Part shown: piece by piece, positions 21,859-29,295 of the stretch
Layout: the number at the start of each line of letters is the position of its first letter
Position numbering within the stretch: position 1 is the first letter of the stretch
Origin: an uncultured Chthonomonadaceae bacterium
GTDB lineage: Bacteria; Armatimonadota; Chthonomonadetes; Chthonomonadales; CAJBBX01
Assembly (NCBI GenBank): GCA_964396385.1
Contig: CAYNFH010000002.1
Coordinates: 1,047 to 65,046, forward strand
DNA length: 64,000 nt
Reading direction: 5' to 3'
Position numbers and translations under genes: made by a program
Notes under the pieces: model-generated
Database searches by the model: none
The model's input: only the letters and a program-made list of their open reading frames with translations
What the model was told of the DNA's origin: nothing

Positions 21859-22991
21859 AAAGTACGGGATCGGCATGGAGCGTTTCGCGGCATCTTCCAG
21901 TTCCTGTCGCGGAGGCGTTGGCGCGGGGGGTGGTGGTTCCGGCGATGCCGCTGGCGCTGGATGCGCGGCGCAGGCTGGACGAGCGGCGGCAGCGCGCCCT
22001 CATCCGATACTACGCGGACGCGGGCGCCGGCGGGCTGGCGGTAGGAGTACACACCACTCAGTTCGCCATCCGCGAGGCCGGGCTCTATCCCCCGCTCCTG
22101 GCCCTCGCCCGGGTAGAGATGGACCGCGCGGACAGCAGAGCGGGCGAGCGGGCGATTGCGGAATCCGCTCTCACGACTCACGACTCACGACTCACGACTC
22201 CGCTTGTCCGCATCGGTGGCATCTGCGGTGGCACGCAGCAGGCGGTGGCGGAGGCGGAGCTGCTGCGCGAGCATGGATTCCACGCCGGGCTCCTGAGTCT
22301 GGCGGCGCTGAAGGATGCGGATGACGCCGCGCTCTTGGCGCACTGCCGGGCCGTGGCGGAGGTCATCCCGGTGATCGGCTTCTACCTGCAGCCGGCTGTA
22401 GGCGGGCGGCGGCTCCCGTACCGATTCTGGCGCGAATTCGCGGAGATTGAGCGGGTGCTGGCGATAAAGATCGCGCCGTTCGACCGCTACGCCACGCTAG
22501 ACGTGGTGCGGGCCGTCGCCGAGTCCGCGCGCGAGGAGATCGCGCTCTATACGGGCAACGACGACAGCATCGTCCACGACCTGATCACCCCCTTCCAATT
22601 TGAAGTGGAGGGTGGGACCGTGGAGCGGCGCATTGTGGGCGGGCTGCTGGGCCACTGGGCGGTGTGGACGCGCCGCGCCGTGGAGCTGCTGGAGGAGTGC
22701 CATCGGGCGGTGGATGCGGGTGCTATTTCGGCCGAGCTGCTGCGGAAGGGCGAGGAGGTGACAGACTGCAACGCCGCTTTCTTCGACGCCGCGAACGGCT
22801 ACGCGGGCTGCATCGCCGGGCTGCACGAGGTGCTGCGCCGGCAGGGGCTGCTGGAGGGATTGTGGCTCCTGGATCCGGACGAGCGGCTCAGCCCCGGCCA
22901 ATTGGAAGAGATAGACCGTGTCTACCGCGCATACCCGCACCTCCACGACGACACCTTCGTGGCCGCCAATCTCCCGCGCTGGCTCTCCTGA
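21849..22991 (+). CDS. DHDPS/DapA-like class I aldolase family protein carrying an in-frame repeat insertion
   Basis: Family-like VVPAMPLALDARRRLDERRQRALIRYYADAGAGGLAVGVHTTQF and GICGGTQQAVAEAELLREHGF. The segment SRAGERAIAESALTTHDSRLTTP is encoded by the repeat element. Confidence 0.65.
   Translation: MNPESTGSAWSVSRHLPVPVAEALARGVVVPAMPLALDARRRLDERRQRALIRYYADAGAGGLAVGVHTTQFAIREAGLYPPLLALARVEMDRADSRAGERAIAESALTTHDSRLTTPLVRIGGICGGTQQAVAEAELLREHGFHAGLLSLAALKDADDAALLAHCRAVAEVIPVIGFYLQPAVGGRRLPYRFWREFAEIERVLAIKIAPFDRYATLDVVRAVAESAREEIALYTGNDDSIVHDLITPFQFEVEGGTVERRIVGGLLGHWAVWTRRAVELLEECHRAVDAGAISAELLRKGEEVTDCNAAFFDAANGYAGCIAGLHEVLRRQGLLEGLWLLDPDERLSPGQLEEIDRVYRAYPHLHDDTFVAANLPRWLS
22138..22202. 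repeat. Composite heptamer element (GGGCGAG)2 - TTGCGGAATCCGC - (TCACGAC)4 inside the DapA-like CDS
   Basis: gagcgggcgagcgggcgattgcggaatccgctctcacgactcacgactcacgactcacgactccg. Same composition as 20723-20802. Confidence 0.9.
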
Positions 22992-23022
22992 CCGCGCCCT
23001 TTGCGGCGCATACCGCCGACTC

Positions 23023-23490
23023 CTACGGATGCGTGTTGGGGTCATCTACGGTGAGCCCTTCAGAGGACGCGGCAGCGTTGAGTTTCGAATCAGATGAAAG
23101 GAGTGTAATGCGAGGCAGTCGCCCTCCGGTCCTCAGCGCATTAACCGCCAACGCAGCCGCGAGTTGAATGGCGTCGAATCCCCGGATGCCGTGCTTCTCA
23201 GCAAGTTCCATGGCCCGTTCTGCAAGGGCGGGAGAAAACTCTATCACCTGATAGTCCGTCGCGAGGTCCGAACGAAAATCCGTTCTCGCCTTGTGTGCAT
23301 CAATAGGCGTGAGGGAACCACCTCGTTCCCGCCGGGTAAGGGCCGCAATCATTTCCACCGCTGTAGTGCGAGCCACTATCACCTGGCAGCCGGCAGCCGG
23401 ATCTACAGTAGCACGGAGCCAGGTCGACCCCAGCTCTAGCACGTACCTCTTACAGAGAGCGCTGGTGTCGGCAAAGTAGGCAGCCGCCAC
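23023..23490 (-). CDS. vapC: PIN-domain toxin, VapC family
   Basis: 155 aa with YFADTSALCKRYV (first acidic residue), DAIQLAAAL and LLSSDSKLNAAA, typical of PIN domains. Confidence 0.85.
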   Translation of the reverse strand: MAAAYFADTSALCKRYVLELGSTWLRATVDPAAGCQVIVARTTAVEMIAALTRRERGGSLTPIDAHKARTDFRSDLATDYQVIEFSPALAERAMELAEKHGIRGFDAIQLAAALAVNALRTGGRLPRITLLSSDSKLNAAASSEGLTVDDPNTHP

Positions 23491-23753
23491 TAACGGCGGT
23501 CCTCAATAACCGTCTCGGAAAGCGGCTTGCCAGAAATCGGGACCGCGGGGCGGTCGAGCTTGCTAGAGCGATCGGGCCGCCTGATCTCGGTGATCAGTCC
23601 AGCCCGCATCAGACTCTGTAGGAACTGCTCCTCCGGGTCCGCGGCAGGCATATCGGTCAATCTGCCCTCCACCGCGTCCCGAACCCGCGCGAGCTCCCCT
23701 GGGGCCAACTGCTGGATATCCTTCAGTACCCGGTCAAGAATCGATTGTGCCAT
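23490..23753 (-). CDS. Putative cognate antitoxin of the VapC toxin
   Basis: 87 aa. Its stop overlaps the vapC start by 1 nt, giving the classic upstream small-gene arrangement. No family motif recognised. Confidence 0.6.
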   Translation of the reverse strand: MAQSILDRVLKDIQQLAPGELARVRDAVEGRLTDMPAADPEEQFLQSLMRAGLITEIRRPDRSSKLDRPAVPISGKPLSETVIEDRR

Positions 23754-23916
23754 AAGGGTTCCTCCTCAGGGCATTTTATCACACTGCGTGGAGCGCCCCG
23801 CCCGAGGCTCCGCCCCATGTTTCCGAAGTGGGTCGACACCTCTAACACCGACGGCTTGCCCCGCTACCCCACCATCACCGCCGTCTACCCCGCCACCGCC
23901 TGACCCGCCCCGCAGA

Positions 23917-23954
23917 ATCGCGGCCTCCAGTCCAGGTAGACCGGAGGCCGCGAT
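23917..23954 (-). terminator. Strong 12-bp stem hairpin downstream of the secreted-protein operon (no clear U-tract)
   Basis: ATCGCGGCCTCC-14 nt loop-GGAGGCCGCGAT, located 37 nt beyond the stop at 23991. Confidence 0.45.
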
Positions 23955-23990
23955 GGACCGAGAGCAGGCGCTGCCGAACCGCGCCCTTGC

Positions 23991-25325
23991 TCAAGGAAGG
24001 AGAGAACCGTCAAACACATCCAGGTCGACATTCATGCCGGTAGTGGTGTCATCCAGCACGTACTGCCTGCCCAGGCGGCTGGTCCAGCCACCATAGGGCT
24101 GCCATGCACCAGGGCCATCAGACCCCAACCTATCGTCCGTGCGGCTCCAATACCGCACTTCCCACAGTGGCGCCTCTGTCAGGGGGTAGTTGCCCGTAAT
24201 GAGCTGCCAGTCGGAGCGGCGCGTGTAGATGACCGCCTGCCCCGGAACGGCGTTGAGCGCCTCGTAGATGCGGGCTACGCGCGCCGCAATGGAATCCGGG
24301 TCCTGTGGTAGCGGCTCGTTGGAGAGCGGCTCGATGTCTATGGCAATGAAGGAGACGTTGCCCGCCTCCGCGCCAAGCGCCTTCAACGCCTGGCCCACCT
24401 GCCAGTCGCCCGTCTGGATGCCGTTTGGCGCAGGATCGTTCGGGTCGTCCTGGCCACTGTCATCAAAGTTGAGGAGGCAGTAGGCCGCTTTACTCACTCC
24501 CGGGATTGCGGCCCCGGCGCCGCTCAGGATGGACTCGGCGGGGAAGCGGTGTCGCCCGCCCCACGCATCGGCGATCACGAAGCGGGGATGGTACGCCGAG
24601 ACGATAGGACCCCAATTGGACGGGACGCTGGAGAGGTCTATCCCGTGCCGCACGTCGGAGTAGACCTCGAACTCGTAGATCCACCCATGGACGATGGGAT
24701 CGCCGCTCAGGGTGGCGCCAGAGTTGTCGAAGGAATACCGCACCTTACTGGCCGTCACCGGGTCGAAGACGTACTCGTCGGAGTTGGAGTACCCGGAGTT
24801 TGTGCCGTCCTCGTGGTAGTTGCCGTAAACGCGGGCAGCAGCGATGGGGACCCAGTTTGATCCGTCCCAGTAGCTGATGGTCGTATCTGCCGGCACGTGG
24901 TTTGTCTCATCGCCGTGGTGCCAGATTACGACCTTCTGGAAGGTGACGGGGGCGCCGAAGTCGATGGTAGCCTGGCGCGGGCCGGCCGGCTGGATCCAGC
25001 CTCCGCTGTCCCATCCGCCCGTGTGGCCGCCGGTGAAGGCCAGGCCGTTGGCCCAACTGTCGTAGTGCCTCCGGCCGTCTACAATGGACCACTGGTCGGA
25101 GCCGCCGCCCCAGCCTTGGTCGGAGGCCAGGGGGCTGGGATAGCCGGTACGCGAGGTGTTGACGGCAATGTTTACCAGTCCATCGTCCTGCGCGCACGCG
25201 GGCGTACCCAGTGCCGCCCCCAGGAACGCGCATGCTGCCAACGTGGACACAAGGCATCTGTAACTGCAGAGAGCGTTCCCGGCCTGTCTGTTCGGATGGT
25301 CCTTTCCGGAATTGCGGTAGCGCAT
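23991..25325 (-). CDS. Secreted protein: N-terminal discoidin/CBM-like domain + C-terminal GH25-like muramidase domain
   Basis: Signal peptide. FQKVVIWHHGDE...ISYWDGSNW...GWIYEFEVY resembles an F5/8-type C domain. The C-terminal GIDLSSV, FIAIDIEPL (DxE), IYTRRSDW, LWEVRYW and VDLDVFD resemble GH25. Confidence 0.6.
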   Translation of the reverse strand: MRYRNSGKDHPNRQAGNALCSYRCLVSTLAACAFLGAALGTPACAQDDGLVNIAVNTSRTGYPSPLASDQGWGGGSDQWSIVDGRRHYDSWANGLAFTGGHTGGWDSGGWIQPAGPRQATIDFGAPVTFQKVVIWHHGDETNHVPADTTISYWDGSNWVPIAAARVYGNYHEDGTNSGYSNSDEYVFDPVTASKVRYSFDNSGATLSGDPIVHGWIYEFEVYSDVRHGIDLSSVPSNWGPIVSAYHPRFVIADAWGGRHRFPAESILSGAGAAIPGVSKAAYCLLNFDDSGQDDPNDPAPNGIQTGDWQVGQALKALGAEAGNVSFIAIDIEPLSNEPLPQDPDSIAARVARIYEALNAVPGQAVIYTRRSDWQLITGNYPLTEAPLWEVRYWSRTDDRLGSDGPGAWQPYGGWTSRLGRQYVLDDTTTGMNVDLDVFDGSLLP

Positions 25326-25374
25326 AGCCTGTTCTCCTTTTCAACTGCGAGCAGTGCGACTTCTCGGTACGCGG

Positions 25375-26478
25375 CTACTGAGGCGTGAGCAGGAAGGCGT
25401 GGACCTGGTCGTTGATGTAGCCGTCGCCTATGATCTGGCCGGCGTCATTGATGGCCCAGGCCCGCAGCAGAACGCGCCAGCCGGAATCCGGGGGAATCAG
25501 GTCGTTGAGGTCGTAGACCGTCCCGCTGTCGTACAGGAAGGCGAAGTGGTAGCCGAAGTAGTACTCCGCATAGCCCACCACCTGCCCGAACGAATTGATG
25601 CTATAGGCCGTGCTGCTGGTGCTGGGTCCCAGCGCGCTTGCCGTCAGATCGGTCATTCCTACGGTGTCGCGCCACAGGAACGCATGCGACACGCCGCTGC
25701 CGGTAGTCGAGACGCCGACGACCTCGCCGTTAACCCCTATTCCCGACCCGGAGCTGAAGGTGCCGCCGAGCGTGCCGAGGTCCCGGATGGCTGCCGGTTG
25801 CGGGCTGTCCCACCGGACGGCGTGCGTCAGGCCCGCCGCGGTGAGAGAGGTCCCTGCGATCTGGTTGGCATCATTGACCCCGTTGGCGAAGCTCTCGGGA
25901 CCGCCAAGCGTGCCGAGGTCCTTCATGCCGTTCTGCCGGTTCCAGAAGAAGCCATGCCGCGGATTGGGATACGGGCCGGTTCGGGAGTAGCCGACCACTG
26001 CCAGGAGCGGCTCGTCGATGTTGTTGATGGCCTGCGCGGAAGCTTCCGCTCCCGGCGCGAGCACGCCCAGGTCCTGCGGGAAGTAGTCCGGCGGCTCCCA
26101 AAGGATGGCGTGATGGCCGCCGGAGTCCTGGATGTCGCCGGCTGCCGCGCCGGCCGCGTTGATGCCGTTGGCCACGCTGGGGGCGGTGGCGGGGAAGGCG
26201 GGAGCGTTGGGCAGCACCGCGATGGCGCCCGTCGTCGCGTTCGGGAAATCGGGCGTCCAGAGAAAGGCGCGGCCCGTCCCGTTTGGCAGGTAAGAACCGC
26301 CCACGACCTGGCCGCCGATGTTCAGTCCGAAGGCGTTAGAGCCCACCCGGCCGCTTGAGCCGCCGAGGGTGCCGAGGTCCGTGATGGCGAAGCTCGGCTG
26401 TGCGGCGGCGGGCCGCAGGATACACGACGCGGCGAGAGGGATTACAGCAGCGGTGATCTTGAGAATCGAGCGCATCAT
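25375..26478 (-). CDS. HAF-repeat extracellular protein
   Basis: Signal peptide plus repeated GG...A.GIN..GQVVG......HAFLW units (RAFLWTP, HAILWEP, HGFFWNR, HAVRWD, HAFLWRD, FAFLYD, HAFLLTPQ). Confidence 0.8.
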   Translation of the reverse strand: MMRSILKITAAVIPLAASCILRPAAAQPSFAITDLGTLGGSSGRVGSNAFGLNIGGQVVGGSYLPNGTGRAFLWTPDFPNATTGAIAVLPNAPAFPATAPSVANGINAAGAAAGDIQDSGGHHAILWEPPDYFPQDLGVLAPGAEASAQAINNIDEPLLAVVGYSRTGPYPNPRHGFFWNRQNGMKDLGTLGGPESFANGVNDANQIAGTSLTAAGLTHAVRWDSPQPAAIRDLGTLGGTFSSGSGIGVNGEVVGVSTTGSGVSHAFLWRDTVGMTDLTASALGPSTSSTAYSINSFGQVVGYAEYYFGYHFAFLYDSGTVYDLNDLIPPDSGWRVLLRAWAINDAGQIIGDGYINDQVHAFLLTPQ

Positions 26479-26541
26479 TTTCTACTCCCTTTCAGCGGGA
26501 AACACGAACGTTGTCAAACGTGGCCCTGCGTGGGCCGCGGA

Positions 26542-27786
26542 TCACGGGCTAAACGTGTAGACACTGACGTCGCTATTGCCACCGCGGTTGGCTGTGAAGA
26601 CCAGGGTTCCGTCGAAGCTGAAAATGACGCCGGCCGCGGATGCTCCAGAATCGTCGCTGGACTCAGGGGAGCCAGTCACGTTGGTCATGGTGGAGGTATC
26701 CAGTACAGACAATTTGTTTGAATACCGCAGCACTGCTACGACGTAGGCGCCCGTCGGGTCTACGACCAGTCCGCTGACGGCGTCCGCCACCGTGGTGGAA
26801 CCGATCTGCAAGAGCGAGAGTGCCCCTGTCCCAGGGTCAATGCTGTACTGTACGACTCTCCCATCATTCGTCCCGGCATAGAGGCTGGAAGCGTCTGGAC
26901 TGAGGGCTATGCTGCCCGAGCTCGAGACACCATTGGGAAGCGTGAATGGCGAGCCACCGACTGCCCCAAGAGTACCGTCATCGGCGATCTTGAACACAGA
27001 GATATTGTTCGATCCCTCGTTGTCAACATACAGCCGGTTATCCGGACCCGCAACCAGCCTTGGAGGAGCATACGCACCGCCGAACCCGGCGCCGCTCCCT
27101 CCTGTGGCCACAACCGCGCCAGCCGTCAATGTGCCGTTCGGGTTGACGCTGTAGCTGCGTACGGTGTTGGGCGAAGAGTTATTTGCGACGTAGATGAAGT
27201 CCCCACCTGGCACGGAGACATACTGGATGCCGTTCAGCGGCGCTGCCGAATCACCTGGGGATACTGCCTGAATTTGCGCAAGCGTACCGTCTGGTGCCAC
27301 CGAATACACCGTCAATTCGTCCGCGTTTCCGCTGATTACGTACAATCTGTCCCCAGCAGGACTGAGCGATAGTCCGGAAGCGGCGGTACATGGTGACGCG
27401 GAGTATGCGCCTTGGGGAGACAGCGAGCCGTCGCCGCCGACGTTTAGCACGGAGATGTTGTTGCTGTTCTGGTTCGTGGTGAACAGAAGGCTCTGATCGG
27501 GGCTGAGCGCCAGCATGTTGGTATAGCTGCCCTGGCTGAAGACGAAGGGCGAGCCCGGGATGCTGGTGAGTGGACCTTGGGCACCCCCCGCCGATGCCAA
27601 TGCCGCGCACAGGAGTCCTGCGCCGAGAGTCCAGGTCAGGTGCAGCGAATGGGGTACACGACTGCCATTGCCGGTTTTCAGATTGCACAAAGCTGATTCC
27701 CCCTTCAAGCGGTTTCCATGTTGTGCCGGACAACTCCGGTTGGATACTTCCTTTACCTCCATGCCGCGATGCCGAGACCCCTGCAA
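26542..27786 (-). CDS. Secreted 7-bladed beta-propeller (lactonase/YVTN-like) protein; start uncertain
   Basis: Repeated blades NNISVLNVGGDGSLSPQG, DELTVYSVAPDGTLAQ, NTVRSYSVNPNGTLTAG, NNISVFKIADDGTLGAV, VVQYSIDPGTGALSL and SDVSVYTF. The signal-like LGAGLLCAALASAGGAQG begins ~50 codons into the ORF. Confidence 0.7.
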   Translation of the reverse strand: MQGSRHRGMEVKEVSNRSCPAQHGNRLKGESALCNLKTGNGSRVPHSLHLTWTLGAGLLCAALASAGGAQGPLTSIPGSPFVFSQGSYTNMLALSPDQSLLFTTNQNSNNISVLNVGGDGSLSPQGAYSASPCTAASGLSLSPAGDRLYVISGNADELTVYSVAPDGTLAQIQAVSPGDSAAPLNGIQYVSVPGGDFIYVANNSSPNTVRSYSVNPNGTLTAGAVVATGGSGAGFGGAYAPPRLVAGPDNRLYVDNEGSNNISVFKIADDGTLGAVGGSPFTLPNGVSSSGSIALSPDASSLYAGTNDGRVVQYSIDPGTGALSLLQIGSTTVADAVSGLVVDPTGAYVVAVLRYSNKLSVLDTSTMTNVTGSPESSDDSGASAAGVIFSFDGTLVFTANRGGNSDVSVYTFSP

Positions 27787-27825
27787 GGATCATCTCGGGA
27801 GGTGTGCACCGGTCGCGTATCATGG

Positions 27826-28797
27826 TCATGGCAACTTAAGGCCGGTGAAGGTCCAGAAGAAGAACGACAGCGTGTTCCCAAACTGATCGTACATCGCCCC
27901 GTCCAGAGCCAGGTCGACATTGGCGCCCGGCGGGCCCGCCGTAGATGCAAACGTGAACGTAACCGTATTCGTGGTGTGGTTGGGAAGCGAGAAGTCTACA
28001 GGAAGGGGCGTGAGCGGGGAGACCTCCGCGCCCAGGCCCACATCGTCGACCTGAAGGACTGGGATATTGTCGTTGCTAAAGTTGTTGAACCGTAGGTCCG
28101 CGGAGTACTTCCCGTCGGCGAGCCGCCGCAGACCGACCAGCCGGATGAAGAAGCCGGTATCCTGGGGTGAACCCTGGCTCTCCGTGACCTCGACGGCGAA
28201 AGACCCCGTGTTCCCGCGCCAGCCCCACTCGTCCATCGTTCCCAGAAGCAGCCTGGTGGCCCCATCCGGCACCACGACCTGCCTCAGTGTTCCTGACTGG
28301 GTCACTCCCGAGCCGATGAAAAAGACTTGCTGTGCGTCGGGGGCAATGCTCCCGTAGTCCCGATCGTCACGCGTGCTGAAGTCAAGACTGGTGGGCCGAG
28401 GCAACTGGTTGGGCTGGAAAGGCCCGAGGAAGACGCCGAGCAGAGAATTCATAGGAGCAATGATGTTGGAGTTGTCAAACTCCGGTCCGGCCTGGTGCGT
28501 TCCGACGCGCAGGGCATCTCCATCCGGCGGATCGTGAGGAATGCCACCTCCCGCGTCAACGGAGCCGGTGGCCGCGAAAGTCACGATGTCACCCGGGTTG
28601 ACCGGGATGCCCGGCACCTGGATGGGCGATTCCGACGGAGCCGAGTCTCCCGCCCACGCCACCGTTCCGTTGGGCATTCCCGCCAACCATGGGTTTGCAT
28701 AACCTGGCACGCGCACGTTGACCGTGATTTGGGCAAAGGCGATTTGTGTGGTGAGCAGGAGCAGAGTGAGTGTTAGCAACCGCCGCAACAGATTCAT
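27826..28797 (-). CDS. Secreted hypothetical protein
   Basis: The internal ATG 28797 is preceded by GAAGGGGA. Clear signal peptide MNLLRRLLTLTLLLLTTQIAFA; no family recognised. Confidence 0.7.
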   Translation of the reverse strand: MNLLRRLLTLTLLLLTTQIAFAQITVNVRVPGYANPWLAGMPNGTVAWAGDSAPSESPIQVPGIPVNPGDIVTFAATGSVDAGGGIPHDPPDGDALRVGTHQAGPEFDNSNIIAPMNSLLGVFLGPFQPNQLPRPTSLDFSTRDDRDYGSIAPDAQQVFFIGSGVTQSGTLRQVVVPDGATRLLLGTMDEWGWRGNTGSFAVEVTESQGSPQDTGFFIRLVGLRRLADGKYSADLRFNNFSNDNIPVLQVDDVGLGAEVSPLTPLPVDFSLPNHTTNTVTFTFASTAGPPGANVDLALDGAMYDQFGNTLSFFFWTFTGLKLP

Positions 28798-29225
28798 CGT
28801 CTGGTCCCCTTCTAGTGTGTAGGTCGGGACGCGTGGCGCGGCCATGCATCCGCCACTCGCTGCAGGGCAGCATCCGAGGCAGGAGGGTTGAGGCACGGGG
28901 CCACGCGCCGGCAATGAGTGGAGTTGCCCGCCCGGTCCGGCGTCTGGGCCGGAGCATCGCGCGGGAGGAGGCTATGAGAGAACTGGCGGCGCCAACACTT
29001 CAGACCGCAGGCGTCGCACCCGTACAACTTCCTAAGCTATGTCGGCCACTATACCGGGAGCAGGGCTCCAGTTGCTGTTTTTCACCGCACTTTCACCCGA
29101 GCGCCCGGCACTAGGGGAACGGTGAAGAACTGGTGAATTCTAGGCGAACCGCGCGCTCGCCAGCGGGCCGGCGCCTGTTCGTCTGCTGGGGCTCCTGGAG
29201 CTGGCCTCCTAAACAGGCATGGCAC

Positions 29226-29272
29226 AATATAAGCCTCCGCTCGCCTCCTGTCAATGAGTATTTACACCCATT
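29226..29272 (-). promoter_or_regulatory. Sigma70-type promoter TTGACA-17-TATATT with upstream dyad AATGAGT-N6-ACCCATT
   Basis: On the minus strand the -35 is 29249-29254, the -10 is 29226-29231 and the dyad is 29253-29272. The elements are AT-rich against a GC-rich background. Confidence 0.55.
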
Positions 29273-29295
29273 TCTTGGCAGGCTGGGCACGTTCC

